DNA of 60,973 nucleotides from Guillardia theta CCMP2712 (Eukaryota > Protista > Cryptophyta), in the NCBI RefSeq assembly GCF_000315625.1, contig NW_005434485.1:1-60973 (forward strand), read 5' to 3'. Position 1 is the first letter of the stretch. Each line of letters starts with the position of its first letter. Made by a program: the position numbers and the translations under genes. Shown piece after piece: positions 46,801 to 59,344 of the stretch. The notes beneath the pieces were generated by a model. The model was not told the DNA's origin. It worked only from the letters and a program-made list of their open reading frames with translations, and searched no databases.

Positions 46801-47082
46801 TGAAGAGCGCAACAGCTTCTCACGAACCTTTGTCAGGAGACCGTCAATTTGGATCTCCCTGCGAACAATAGGATCGCTTCTGCTCCTTAGCCCGAACAGC
46901 TTATGTATCTCTGTGTCCCTGAGAACTCCTTCCACCTCGTGGATGTCATCTACCAACGTGTCCACCGGATGTTTGATCAGGTGCTCGATCTCCTCTTCCT
47001 CGACGCTCCTCGCCTTCTTCTCTCTGCGCTTCTTGAGGACGGACGCAACAACCGCTCCCTGCATGCTGAACGAGTGTGCCAC
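40838..47082 (-). CDS. Polycystin-2/TRPP-like cation channel with a very large S1-S2 loop (CUB, Cys-rich modules) and C-terminal C2 domain
   Basis: FLTYNAPKNIF, FNWIDW, LRMLKSLDFQERMGLVTRTI, GHMLFG, FFILLNVFLAILVDAY; CUB (YSSNTLCTWTI, CRYDWVKIY, FKSDSSVQKAGF); C2 (LRVTLVRATNLPRMDLFSGCDPY, NPVWEQQF, LWDKD). Confidence 0.88.
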
Positions 47083-47204
47083 TAGCTCCCTGTGCTCCCT
47101 GCTCTGTCTTCGGTTCTTGTTCCGGTCAGCTAAGAGCCTCCATGCTTCTAGCCACTATTACATTCCCCAACATGTTCGCTTGCCGAAGTTCCTCAACGGG
47201 AGAA

Positions 47205-47306
47205 GGGAGGGGTGAGGGAGGGGTGAGGGAGGGGTGAGGGAGGGGTGAGGGAGGGGTGAGGGAGGGGTGAGGGAGGGGTGAGGGAGGGGTGAGGGAGGGG
47301 TGAGGG
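47205..47306. repeat. (GGGAGGGGTGA)~9 G-rich minisatellite
   Basis: Read directly. Confidence 0.95.
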
Positions 47307-47317
47307 TGCAGGGCGAT

Positions 47318-47860
47318 GGTGGGGTGATGTCAGGCTCAAAGGGGGAGCCCGGGGGAGGGTTTGTCAACTTTTTTTTATGCAGGTGCTGATGGGTGGTAGG
47401 GGTACAACAAGTACGGGTCCAATCATACTATATCAGTGGACTTTAGGTGGTGGATGATGAAATACCACCCCACCTCCTTCAGAAAGTCAACGCTGCTCCT
47501 ACCCCCTTGACGCCTGGATTATAACCCACGCTCGAGGTCGCGAAAGCCAATTGAAATTTGAGGGTTGGGGTGATGGTGGGTAGGGTGACTGTGCTGTGAG
47601 GGTGGGGTGATGGAGGTGTGAGGGAGGGGTGACAGTGGGGTGATGGAGGAGTGAGGGTGGGGTGAGCCGGTGGGGTGATGTCAGGCTCAAAGGGGGAAGG
47701 GGGGGGGATGCTTTTCAATTTTTTTTAAAACATAGGCACTGATGGGTGGTAGGGGTACAACAAGAAGGGGTCCAAATCATACTATATCAGTGAGCTCTTC
47801 ACAGGGTGGGTGATGAAATACCACCCCACCTGTTCAGAAAGTCAACGCTGCTCCTACCCC
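47318..47860. repeat. Diverged direct repeat of ~190 bp (47318-47505, 47669-47860; ~350-bp period)
   Basis: GGTGGGGTGATGTCAGGCTCAAAGGGGG ... GTCAACGCTGCTCCTACCCC occurs twice. Confidence 0.9.
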
Positions 47861-49873
47861 TATCAAGCACCGGAAGTTAATTCTTGGATCGTAAACAGCG
47901 AAAGCAAGTTCGACTTTCGTCCTTTATGAGTCAAGGCTCCAAATACACTTGAAATATTTAAATTTGATGCAATGAATTGTTTCAAGATTCATGATTTCCG
48001 TATTGAATTTGGCCTGCGTTCAACGGTTGGTCTCCTGAGTGATCACTGCAACCCGATTACAATTTTGAATCCGAAGTTGCGCTGCTTCCCCGGCCCCGGC
48101 GGTCGGGATGTTTATTATTACTGAACTCGGCCTTTGAATCACTCGGAGTCCAACTTCCGGCGGCTCCCGACTGTGTTGGATCCGATGATCGCTCGGCGCA
48201 CACTTTCTTCAGCTCCGAAGGCCTCAGTCCCGGGAATCCCTGTCCTTCCAAGTTCGCTGCCATCATCGGCGGCGGCCCGGGCCACAGCGACATCATGGCC
48301 CAGTGGCGCGAGACCGTACCCCGGAATGGTCCTGCGCGAACTTCGGCGAAGGTAACGGTGAAGGGACTCGATGATCAGTTAAGTTTGGGGACACTGCCGC
48401 GGCAGTCCTGAGGGCCCTGTGGTTCTCGCTCTGATTTTTAATTTAAGTTTGAGTAAAACGATTGACACTCTGAGCAGTGTGTTTGACTCAAAGCCTTAGT
48501 ATTTTTGACTGAGTTAAAAATCACTGAATAGTACGAGGACAATCAGCAGAGACTGCCGCCGAGGCATTCCGTGCTGCCAGTTCACTGAGTTTTTTCAGCC
48601 GGGCCCTCGTTTGGTGCTGGAGTCCCGCCCAGCCGAGTCAGCCGGGGAGCGTCGTGCCGTGCTGCTGATGGCCTGCTCAACCAACCCGCTGGGCGGGGGG
48701 GCGGGGGGGCGCGGTGACTCGCGCGGTTCGCCACCCGCAGGAGGTCTGGGACTCCGCCACGTAGTCGTGCGACTCCAGCCCCTCCGACGGTGAGCAGCAA
48801 ACCTGACTCGTTCAAGTTCTCGCCGGACGATAGCCTGCCGACGATCCGGCGGCGGCAAAAGTTCCAGCTGCGTGTGCAAGTCGGATCACCCCCTGAGATG
48901 TTTTGCAAGCGGGGACTCATGATCCGACTTGCGGCGAGGCCCGGAGAGGTCATCCAGAGCTGCCGTTTCGGAGGCTTCAACTTGGCAACGGTTCGCCGAG
49001 CGATCAGCCCTGGCAGGAACGCTTCCGGGCAGTCGCAGACCAGCCTTGAATGCCGTGTATGTAAATGCCACGCCCTCCTGCGGGGTGAAGACCTCTTTAT
49101 CCGATCTGGATCCGACCGTTGGAGTGCCGGTACCGTCGGTACGGTCGTCGGGCGGGACTCCGGCGAGTCCCCGAACTCCGGGGCCCTGCGGGCCGGCCCG
49201 GGGGATGGGGCAACACCCTGCCTTCACAGATAGCAGTAGCCCTTTGCCTGTCAGTGTTAAACCTCCCAGGTCACCCCTGGTAAATACCGCATTTAATGGG
49301 GTCCTGATGCCCGACGGAAGCAGGGGTTGGCTAAACATGGGGGTCAGCCAGTAGGGACGCATGGCAGGAATGCGAGCGAACGTTGCGCATGCACAGAAAG
49401 AGAAGAACAGGCGAAGAGGAGGAAAGAACGGCTACGAGACTGAGCATAGATAGGTTGAGAAGACAAGTAAGTAGGTCAGAGATGATGAAAGAAGAAATGA
49501 CACTGAATCATACATGTGCAGCGGAAGAGTGTGCGATATTAGTACTTTGACGATGATGCCTGTGCATGATTCGCTAAGAATTTTCACAACGATGCAATAT
49601 AACATCGAACAAATGATGATGCTCTCTGACTGTTCTGTTTGCTTCTCTTGTAGCTGATGCTGTTGCATTCAGGAAGGTCGATGTGAGGTGGGACATGAAG
49701 TCAGAAGTCCCAAGGTGAACTAACAAAAGACATGGACTCAATTAGAGTTATGAAATCCCCCTGTTGATGCCGAGGACACGTCTGGTCGCTCGCCAATTCT
49801 TATGCTGCTACATCAGGGAAGTATGGCACATAAGTTTTCTTCAGTGGAGATTTAAATAGTGCTGGACCAAACC

Positions 49874-52346
49874 ATGATCAGCGCTCGAAACTCGAAGTTG
49901 AGACCCAAGAATGGAGCTCAAAGTCATCATAATCCCATCAAGAGTGAAAACGTCGTGGTGAATTCTGCATTGAATCGAAAGCACCTGGACATCTTCAAGC
50001 AGTTGGGCTGTGTTGTTGATGTGCTGCAGTTGCCCGAAGACAGCAAGAAAGACCCTTTGAGCCCAGCACCCGACAAGAAGCCGGCAAGAAGGTCGACTCT
50101 GACTCCCTTGACAAGCAACGACCCGAAACAGTCCATGCTCCAACGTCAGGCCGCCATGCCTGTCAGTCGCCCCCGAACCTCCAGTCTCGCCAGCAGGGTC
50201 TCAGCTCCGAAAGTAGCGATGCATGCTGTCGGCCGCAGAAACGCCAAGCCGTCCATATGCGTTGCCTACAGCAAATCATCGTCAAAGTTCTTGGAGCAAG
50301 TGTCTCAGCAGATTGGTTGGCAGTCAGTGAATGAAGAACGAGATGATAGCGATGTACACTGGGTGGTGTCGAGTGAGCAACTGAATCTGAGATTGCGAAA
50401 GATCAAGGAGCATCAATTCTGCGCGAGGATCCCTGGAATGAATGAAATATGTAACAAGTGCAGATTCTCAAATGCTATGTTTCTCGCCCAAAAACTCTTT
50501 CCCGAGATTGTAGATTTTTGGCCCAAGTCATGGGTGCTGCCAAGTCAATACAAGGAATTGAAGAGCACGATGAAAGGCAGTCGTTTGACATTCATCGTCA
50601 AACCCGGAGACGGCGCGAAGGGAGAAGGAATTTTCATAGCGTTGGGGTATGATGATCTTTTTCGAAGGCTTGAAGATCATCAGAAGAAGTTCAACAACCT
50701 GGATGTTGTCGTTCAGGTCTATCTGGAGCAACCGATGCTGTTGAAAGGAGGATACAAGTTCGACCTTCGAATCTATGCCTTGATACAATCGGTTTCTCCT
50801 TTGCGAGTCTATGTTTGTCGTGAAGGTCTTGCGAGGCTTTGCACTCTGCCTTACAAAGCTCCTTCACAAAACAATGTGAATCAAGTTATGGGGCATTTGA
50901 CTAACTACAGCTTGAACAAACAGAGCGACAACTACGTGTGGAGTAAATACGATCAAGATGAGGCCGGGTCTAAAAGAACCATATCAGCAGCTTTTGCGGA
51001 GCTGAAGAGGATGGGGTTCGATGTGGATCAGATATGGCGACGGATAGACAGGCTGGTGCATGTGACTTTCCTAGCAGTGCAGCCCATGCTGCTGGCTTCT
51101 TCACTACAGCTGATGCAGGAACATGGCGTGCCGAGGCGATGGGGCTATGATGGGGGAGCTGGTTGCTTCCACATTGTGGGGGTTGACGTGATGCTGGATA
51201 AAGACGGGAACCCATACCTGCTAGAGCTGAACGCTAGTCCCCGGCAGGCGATTGAAAGCATCTTACCAGCTGATGAGATCGATGTTGCTAGTGGAGAGAA
51301 AGTGTGCTCATGCGAAGACGAGGACTTTATGCACGTGCATCGAGTTTGTGAGGTGGACAAGAAGGCAAAGACTTGCGCTGTGGGAGGTGCGTTGCAGATT
51401 GTGGTGCAGAAGAAGGGCTTCTCCGCCAGTCAAAGCAACTTGAGTGATGCCCGACAAGTCCATCAGCGAGAACCGGTCACTTTCGTAGCGACGTTCATGG
51501 GGCAGAAGCCTCGGAATACACAACTGCAATCGCTGCCGCAAAAACCCGGAAAGAGTCTACCGCATGTGAGTTCTCTGTCGAGGTGCTATGTCATGGTGAG
51601 CGGAAGGAAGCATGCTCTGATGAATGGATCACATTCGGATGAGACCGAATCTCTCCTCGACGACGACCCTCTAGACTCCTTCTTTGCCCGCGCCGATACG
51701 TCCACCGACTATCCTGTGAACTTCTTTCGATCTCACCCGGTTGTCTTACTGTCTGCAAACACAGGTGAAGGACGAGCGAGGGATAGATCCGGACATGGAA
51801 GATCTTGAATCACGATTCTCAATCGTGCGTGAAATTTTTCAGATCTATGACAAACTCATCACCAACAAGTTCAAGTTGGATGGGAATCAGGTGTTGCCAT
51901 CGAGTTTGAAAGTTGCACTCTAGTTGCTGCCAGTGTTCTGAACCTGACCTCAACCAGATGCGTCGGATGGCAAGAAACTGCGAGGGTTCAAAGGGCGTCT
52001 TGAGCAGGTTCAGTCACTTCCTCCTCCGCTCTCTGCATGCACACCTCTCACAACTGCCTGCTGCTCCTACCAGGGGTGAAGTAGACGTTCTGTTTAACAA
52101 AGCGCTCGCCATGGCCGAGGGCCACGACTTCAAGGTGGGACAGGAGGGGCAAGAGCGATGGGTCACGGGCTATGGCAGGGATGCACAACGTTGGACTACA
52201 GCTCTATGGCATGGTACCTGCTAGGTGACAGGGAGGAGCAGCTGCGATATGAGACGGGTGACGCGCCGGCAGAGCTCGGAGTCCTCGTCTACCCGATGGA
52301 CCCGCCGCTTCAAGCTCTGCGACGAGTGCTTGCGGCGAACAAGTGA
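49874..52346 (+). CDS. Tubulin-tyrosine-ligase-like (TTLL) polyglutamylase-type enzyme
   Basis: WPKSWVLP, IVKPGDGAKGEGI, VVQVYLEQPMLL..YKFDLRIY, HLTNYSLNK, CFHIVGVDVMLD, LLELNASP; 3' exons approximate. Confidence 0.9.
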
Positions 52347-52618
52347 TGTGTATGCTGGAAGAGACCTGCTCTTACGTTTCGAGACAGCAAACTGACCAGC
52401 CTGTCGACAATCGAGGCTCCTGTGGTATAAACAAGCTCATGCTCGCGATGTTAGTTGATGCTAACGAAACTCTTACTTGTCAGATCATCTGATGATACGT
52501 CGACGACTATGGGAGATCTCCGCTCAGGCTGGGAAGCAAGATCTATTCTTTTGTAGTGATGTGATTCGAACGTGTACTTGACATACATACATGCTCTCTG
52601 TGAACACCCCTTGAGGTT

Positions 52619-53470
52619 TCAATACTCAAGAAACGTGTACCTGACCCACTCCCACCCGATGATCAGCGAGTACCCTGCGACGGCAACCAAGGCCATGATC
52701 GCTACAGTCTTGTCCGACTCCTTCTTGCTTGCAGATCCTGCCGCGGCTCCACGCTGACGCAAGGCTACAGGTTGGTTGGTACCCGCCGAGTCCGGGAACG
52801 TGACGCACTTTCTGAGCTCCCTAATGATCTCTTGGTGATTCATGTCAAACTCACTCGCCAGCTTCTCAACGACTATCTCGAACTCCTCGAAGTCGATGGT
52901 CCCATCCTTGTTCTTGTCCCATTCTGCAGTCACTGACGCTACCTCCTCGTCTGATGCCACCAGCCCCACGTCCAGCAGGGTGGATTGAATCTCCTTGGCA
53001 TCAATCCTACCATTGCGATCTCGATCGATGGCCAGGAAAATCTCTCGCAAGGCCTCGTCGTATGTTACAACTTCATCCTGATCGTACGAGCGAAGCCTTG
53101 CAACTACCTCAACCAAAGAAGGACGACAAGGGTAGGGAACAACAGCCCGTCTCGGCGACTTGAAGCTCGAGAACAGAGTTTTGTGAGCGACGAGACCCTT
53201 GACACCTCGAGAGCAAACTTGACATCTCTTCCAGTCAGTGAGTCCTCCTGCATGCCCAGCGATGAAACAGAACCTGTCCTTCCTTGCTCCCCGCCGGTAA
53301 AGTTTCTCCTTGAGGCATATCCTGGAGCGATCCCTCCCGTCACATCGCATGCTGCATGCATCAGCAAGCTCCCTGCTATGACCTCCAGCTCCAGCTAGTC
53401 CCCAGCTGTCTCTCGCCCCTGCAAGTCCCCAGCTGAACGCCAGCAACATGGCCGTCGTCAACCTGACCAT
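52619..53470 (-). CDS. EF-hand protein with signal peptide and C-terminal TM helix
   Basis: DRDRNGRIDAKE and DKNKDGTIDFEE loops; hydrophobic ends. Confidence 0.8.
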   Translation of the reverse strand: MVRLTTAMLLAFSWGLAGARDSWGLAGAGGHSRELADACSMRCDGRDRSRICLKEKLYRRGARKDRFCFIAGHAGGLTDWKRCQVCSRGVKGLVAHKTLFSSFKSPRRAVVPYPCRPSLVEVVARLRSYDQDEVVTYDEALREIFLAIDRDRNGRIDAKEIQSTLLDVGLVASDEEVASVTAEWDKNKDGTIDFEEFEIVVEKLASEFDMNHQEIIRELRKCVTFPDSAGTNQPVALRQRGAAAGSASKKESDKTVAIMALVAVAGYSLIIGWEWVRYTFLEY

Positions 53471-53731
53471 CGCCCTTCTATAGATACCTGAGGCGGGCTG
53501 GTGTTTTACTAAAACTGTTTTAATTACTTGGGCAGTGGTACCTGGAGCAAAATAAAATAATATAAGAACTTCTTCTCAGTACAAGATATTCTACTAGATT
53601 ATACTTATATCGTACCATAGTAAAATGATTTTGTAAATATCCCTTGAGTCGGCCATGACAGTGCACTACGACTGGACAACAGATGGAAGAGAGGGCAAGG
53701 GAGGAGGAGGAGGAGGAGGAGGAGGAGGAGG

Positions 53732-53762
<31 letters not shown>

Positions 53763-54174
53763 AGAGGAGGTACAGGGAAGTGAGGTAGAGATGCAGTGAT
53801 GCATGGTGACCGAGGACAGGGGGAGGTAAGAGAGAAGGTTTCAACGTCGATCATGAAAGCTGAATGTGAGTTTTAGGGTTTAGGCTCAACAAACTCGGAT
53901 GAAGAGCCTTGCAGTGGTGTGCTAGAACGAGATGCAGAAGCGAAGATCTTGGTTACAATGGGAGGAGGAGGAAGAGGTGAAGTAACGTCGAGTACAAGGA
54001 GAAAAGGGGATGCGATGAAAGAACGAAGAACGAGTGTGAGGGAGAGGAGGAGCTATGAAGAGGAGCACGATGTATACGGTTGTGATGCCATGGATCTAAC
54101 GCTGAGAGCAAGAACATCTTGAGTCTATCGCTGATATGTCAACAGTTCACCCGGAACTCTTCTAGTCGGCAACC

Positions 54175-54506
54175 ATGGGTGACCTTGCGGCCATGATGGC
54201 TGCGAGGAGGAAGAAGCTGGAGGAGGTGGATGAGGACGGGTTCTACTTTCGCTCCCCTCCGGCAAGCAGCACAAATCCTACGAATGTCAAACAAGCTGCG
54301 AAGAATCAGCAAAATCAGGTAGGGAGAGACAAGAACCCTCCCCCTCCTCAATTTGCCTCTTGTTGTGCTCCCCTCCTGCCCTCGGCCTCTTACCATCCTC
54401 TCCTCGTGATTGTATTGCCTCCTCCCTCCCTTTCACCCTCCCCTTCCTCCCTCCCTCCTCCTCCCTCCCTCCCTCCCTCTTCCTCCCTCCTCCCTCCCTC
54501 CTCCCA

Positions 54507-54551
<45 letters not shown>

Positions 54552-55613
54552 CCCCCCCCCCCCACCCACCCACCCTCTTTCCCTCCCCTCCTCTCTCTCC
54601 TCTCTCTCTGTCCCTCCCCACCCCTCATTTCTCTCCCCTCCCTCGCTCCCTCCCTCAGTTCCTCCTACCCTCTCTCCTTCGCCTCGTCTCTCTCTCTTCC
54701 CCCATTGTTTTCCTTCCCAACCAATTGTCATTCCTTCGCCCGCGAAGCGCCATCAGCAGCAGCAGAGGGAAGACTCAACCTCTTAAAGAACATCGAAGAG
54801 CGGCGCCCTGCACGAAGCNNNNNNNNNNNNNNNNNNNNNNNNNNNNNNNNNNNNNNNNNNNNNNNNNNNNNNNNNNNNNNNNNNNNNNNNNNNNNNNNNN
54901 NNNNNNNNNNNNNNNNNNNNNNNNNNNNNNNNNNNNNNNNNNNNNNNNNNNNNNNNNNNNNNNNNNNNNNNNNNNNNNNNNNNNNNNNNNNNNNNNNNNN
55001 NNNNNNNNNNNNNNNNNNNNNNNNNNNNNNNNNNNNNNNNNNNNNNNNNNNNNNNNNNNNNNNNNNNNNNNNNNNNNNNNNNNNNNNNNNNNNNNNNNNN
55101 NNNNNNNNNNNNNNNNNNNNNNNNNNNNNNNNNNNNNNNNNNNNNNNNNNNNNNNNNNNNNNNNNNNNNNNNNNNNNNNNNNNNNNNNNNNNNNNNNNNN
55201 NNNNNNNNNNNNNNNNNNNNNNNNNNNNNNNNNNNNNNNNNNNNNNNNNNNNNNNNNNNNNNNNNNNNNNNNNNNNNNNNNNNNNNNNNNNNNNNNNNNN
55301 NNNNNNNNNNNNNNNNNNNNNNNNNNNNNNNNNNNNNNNNNNNNNNNNNNNNNNNNNNNNNNNNNNNNNNNNNNNNNNAAAAAAAACCCCGAACCCAGCC
55401 CACCCGAAAAGAAAAGGGAGGTGGGAGGAGGAAGAAGGAGGGAGGAGGAGGAACTTATGGCCCGCCGCAGGATGGTCTCAGAATCAGCCTGCTGTTGCAC
55501 GGGTTAACAAACCTTCCCCTGCTCCTGCGCTAGAAGGGAAGAAGCCGAAGAAGAAGGAGAAGAAAGGAGGGTCAAGCTCGTTTATCTGCTGCTTCAAGAC
55601 CCTCACTCGATGA
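54175..55613 (+). CDS. Hypothetical protein spanning a gap; possible WH2-like helix
   Basis: Exon 1 54175-54318 ends at CAG|GT; later blocks EGRLNLLKNIE and KKPKKKEKKGGSSSFICCFKTLTR*. Confidence 0.5.
54819..55378. other. Assembly gap
   Basis: N run. Confidence 1.
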
Positions 55614-55839
55614 TGATCACGATGATGTTCCTGATGCTGTCAGGTCGACTCGAATCTAACCATCCCGTCGAGCGCTCGTTTCATCCTCTCCTCTACTAAC
55701 ATCTCCTCTCCTCTCCTCTCCTCTCCTCTCCTCTCCTCTCCTCTCCTCTCCTCTCCTCTCCTCTCCTCTCCTCTCCTCTCCTCTCCTCTCCTCTCCTCTC
55801 CTCTCCTCTCCTCTCCTCTCCTCTCCTCTCCCATCACCA

Positions 55840-56112
55840 CCACTTCCTCCCCTTCTGGTTGCTAGTCTGACCGATGTCTTCAGGCCTGACAGTGGCGGCA
55901 GCTGGGAGGTCGAGCAGGACGACATAGTCCACGACGGGGTTCCGATGGGAGGAGTGACGTCTACCTCAGAGGTTTCCTGCCTCCTCCCTACCCTTCCTGC
56001 CTCCCTCCTACCCCTCTTGCCTCCTCCTTATCCTTCCCGCCTCCTGCTTCCCCATCCACTTTCCTCCTTTGCTCTCTTCTCGAAATCCTTTCCCGGGCTT
56101 CTTTCCATCTCC

Positions 56113-56143
<31 letters not shown>

Positions 56144-59100
56144 TATGTGCTCATCCTTCCGACTCGAGCTCCAGCTCTCATCCTACCTCGCTCCTCCTCC
56201 TTGCGCCTTTCATTGTGCAACCTCACCCTCCTCTCTCTCTCTTCCTTGCTGCACGTCTCCTCTTTGAGTTTTTGGACCTTCTCTGTTTGTTCATCTTACT
56301 TTCTTGCAGGATGTCATTCAGTTTGAAGATGCGGTGATTTCCTCTTTTATCGCATATCTTCCTTTCCTTCCTCCTTTCTAACTTGCCTCCTCTGATATAC
56401 AATCCCGATCATCCTGATCCTCTCAACCTTCCTCCTCCTCCCGCTGCTTGCTCCTCCTCCATACTCCTCATCCTCCTTCCTGTGCTACTACCTCTCTTCC
56501 TCCCTCTCCTCCCTCTCCACTTCTATCCTACATCCTCCTGCTCGTTCCTCTCCTCCTTTCTTCTTTCTCCGTCTCACTTCCCAGCAGGTGCTTCAGTGCA
56601 ACGTCGGGCTGTCGGTCGAGGGTCCTCCCTCCTCGGTAAGCCGCTCGAGTGCTTCAGCAGCTGCTGACGTGCGACAGGCGTCGGTGAGGATGGGACCAGC
56701 GTCTTCGACCTTCTCCTTGGGTGAGGAGCGAGGGAGAGGAGGGGAGGAGGAAGAAGCAGAGCAGAGGAGAACGTGTAGCACGCGGGAAGAGCGGAGCAGG
56801 GGGAGGACAAGTTCGAGGAGGAGGAGCAGGAGCAGGAGGAGCAGGAGGAGCAGGAGGAGCAGGAGGAGGAGGAGGAGAGGGAGGTTGAGGACAGACATCG
56901 CATTGAGATCGAGGAGGTTTTGAAGGGGACGAGTAGAGAGGAAGTGACGGGAAACAGCAGGAGGATACGCGGACCCGCCTTCTCGCTCTCATGTCCCCGT
57001 CAACCAGCCGGTTGTATTTTATTCTTTTTCCTCCCCTTCTCCCTCCTTCCCCTTCCCTCCCCTCCCCTCCCCTCCCCTCCCCTCCCCTCCCCTCCCCNNN
57101 NNNNNNNNNNNNNNNNNNNNNNNNNNNNNNNNNNNNNNNNNNNNNNNNNNNNNNNNNNNNNNNNNNNNNNNNNNNNNNNNNNNNNNNNNNNNNNNNNNNN
57201 NNNNNNNNNNNNNNNNNNNNNNNNNNNNNNNNNNNNNNNNNNNNNNNNNNNNNNNNNNNNNNNNNNNNNNNNNNNNNNNNNNNNNNNNNNNNNNNNNNNN
57301 NNNNNNNNNNNNNNNNNNNNNNNNNNNNNNNNNNNNNNNNNNNNNNNNNNNNNNNNNNNNNNNNNNNNNNNNNNNNNNNNNNNNNNNNNNNNNNNNNNNN
57401 NNNNNNNNNNNNNNNNNNNNNNNNNNNNNNNNNNNNNNNNNNNNNNNNNNNNNNNNNNNNNNNNNNNNNNNNNNNNNNNNNNNNNNNNNNNNNNNNNNNN
57501 NNNNNNNNNNNNNNNNNNNNNNNNNNNNNNNNNNNNNNNNNNNNNNNNNNNNNNNNNNNNNNNNNNNNNNNNNNNNNNNNNNNNNNNNNNNNNNNNNNNN
57601 NNNNNNNNNNNNNNNNNNNNNNNNNNNNNNNNNNNNNNNNNNNNNNNNNNNNNNNNNNNNNNNNNNNNNNNNNNNNNNNNNNNNNNNNNNNNNNNNNNNN
57701 NNNNNNNNNNNNNNNNNNNNNNNNNNNNNNNNNNNNNNNNNNNNNNNNNNNNNNNNNNNNNNNNNNNNNNNNNNNNNNNNNNNNNNNNNNNNNNNNNNNN
57801 NNNNNNNNNNNNNNNNNNNNNNNNNNNNNNNNNNNNNNNNNNNNNNNNNNNNNNNNNNNNNNNNNNNNNNNNNNNNNNNNNNNNNNNNNNNNNNNNNNNN
57901 NNNNNNNNNNNNNNCAGGAGGAGGAGGAGGAGGAGGAGGAGGAGGTGGTGGTGGTGGTGGTGGTGGAGGGCTACCAGGTTTCTTCATCAACTCGTCAACA
58001 GTGTCTGGAGTGACGGACCCACCGTAGCTGTTGCCAAGTCAGAGCATAGAAGGCGGGGAGGAGGGGACAGAGGAGGGGGGAGGGAGGTAGGAAGCCAGAG
58101 GATGGAAGGCTGGGAGGAGGGGGAGAGGGTGTTAAGGGGAGGAAAGAGGAGAAGGGCCGAGGACGAGGAGCAGGAGCAGGAGCAGGAGGAGCAGGAGGAG
58201 CAGGAGGAGCAGGAGGAGCAGGAGGAGCAGCAAGAGAGATTGGTCGCACAGGATGCGGGTGTTCTGAGCAGTCTCCTCGTCGTACATCTTGGCGAGCCAC
58301 TCACGGATAAACTCATGCACGTTCTGAGGAGAAGAAATTACATGGAAGAAACGGGGGTGAGGGAAAGAGGATGGGAAGGAGGGAGGGAGGGAGGGAGGGA
58401 GGGAAGGAGGGAGGGAGGGAGGGAGGGAGGGAGGGAGGGAGGGAGGGAGGGAGGGAGAGAGGGAGGGAGGGGAGGAGGAGCTGACCTATGCTTCATGGCG
58501 AAGCCCTCCTTGTCAGCCGAGAGCTTGTCGTAGGTGATGGTGAGCTGAGCGATGAGGATGTTGAGCATCCCGATGGTGACGCAACTGAGTAGAAGTGAGA
58601 GGAGGGAGAGAGGGAGAGAGAGGGAGAGAGAGGGAGAGAGAGGGAGAGAGAGGGAGGGGGGCAGGAGGAGGAGAGAGGGAGAAGGGGGAGGAGGAAGAGC
58701 GGAGAGGTAGTTAGGGGATTCTGCCGTACATGACGAAGAAGAGGAGGAGGAATCGGGTGAAGGAGGAGATGTCCGAGTAAAGAGGCTGAGCCACTCCAAG
58801 CACCTGAGCACCGTCAGCACTCCGTCGCTCCCTCCGTTGCCCCCTCCTCCCTCCGTCGCTCCCTCCGTCGCTCCCTCCGTCGCTCCCTCCCTCCCCTGCC
58901 CCTGCCCTTGCCCCTGCCCCTGCCCCTGCCCCTGCTGCCCCTGCTGCTCCTCCTTCCACCGCACACGCCTCCTCCTCCATGGTCCAGCCTCACCTCCTGC
59001 AGCAGGAGCACGATGGTTCTGTCCCATCCCTGATCGAACGGCGGGTCTCCGAGGATGGTGAGGGCAGAGCCGAAGGCGGCGATGAGGATGAGAATCATGA

Positions 59101-59278
59101 AGAGAGAATGATAGAGATCTCCGAACATGATGCCGATGGTGTAGGTGAAGGCTGCCATAGGAGTCGATAGGATGCTTAGCTGAAAATCTAGTCAGACGAT
59201 ACTGGGCAGAGAGTATGAACGTCTCCTCTCCTCTCCTTGAACTTCTTCCTCCTCCTCTCCTCGCCTCTCCTTGGACCC

Positions 59279-59344
<66 letters not shown>

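Noticed and set aside
48582-49362. Overlapping 130-160-aa ORFs
   Set aside because: GC-rich, open in several frames, no recognisable motifs
53871-53884. TTTAGGGTTTAGG telomere-like motif
   Set aside because: Fewer than two full units; compatible with chance
54360-58533. Long ORFs containing X runs
   Set aside because: Artefacts of N gaps
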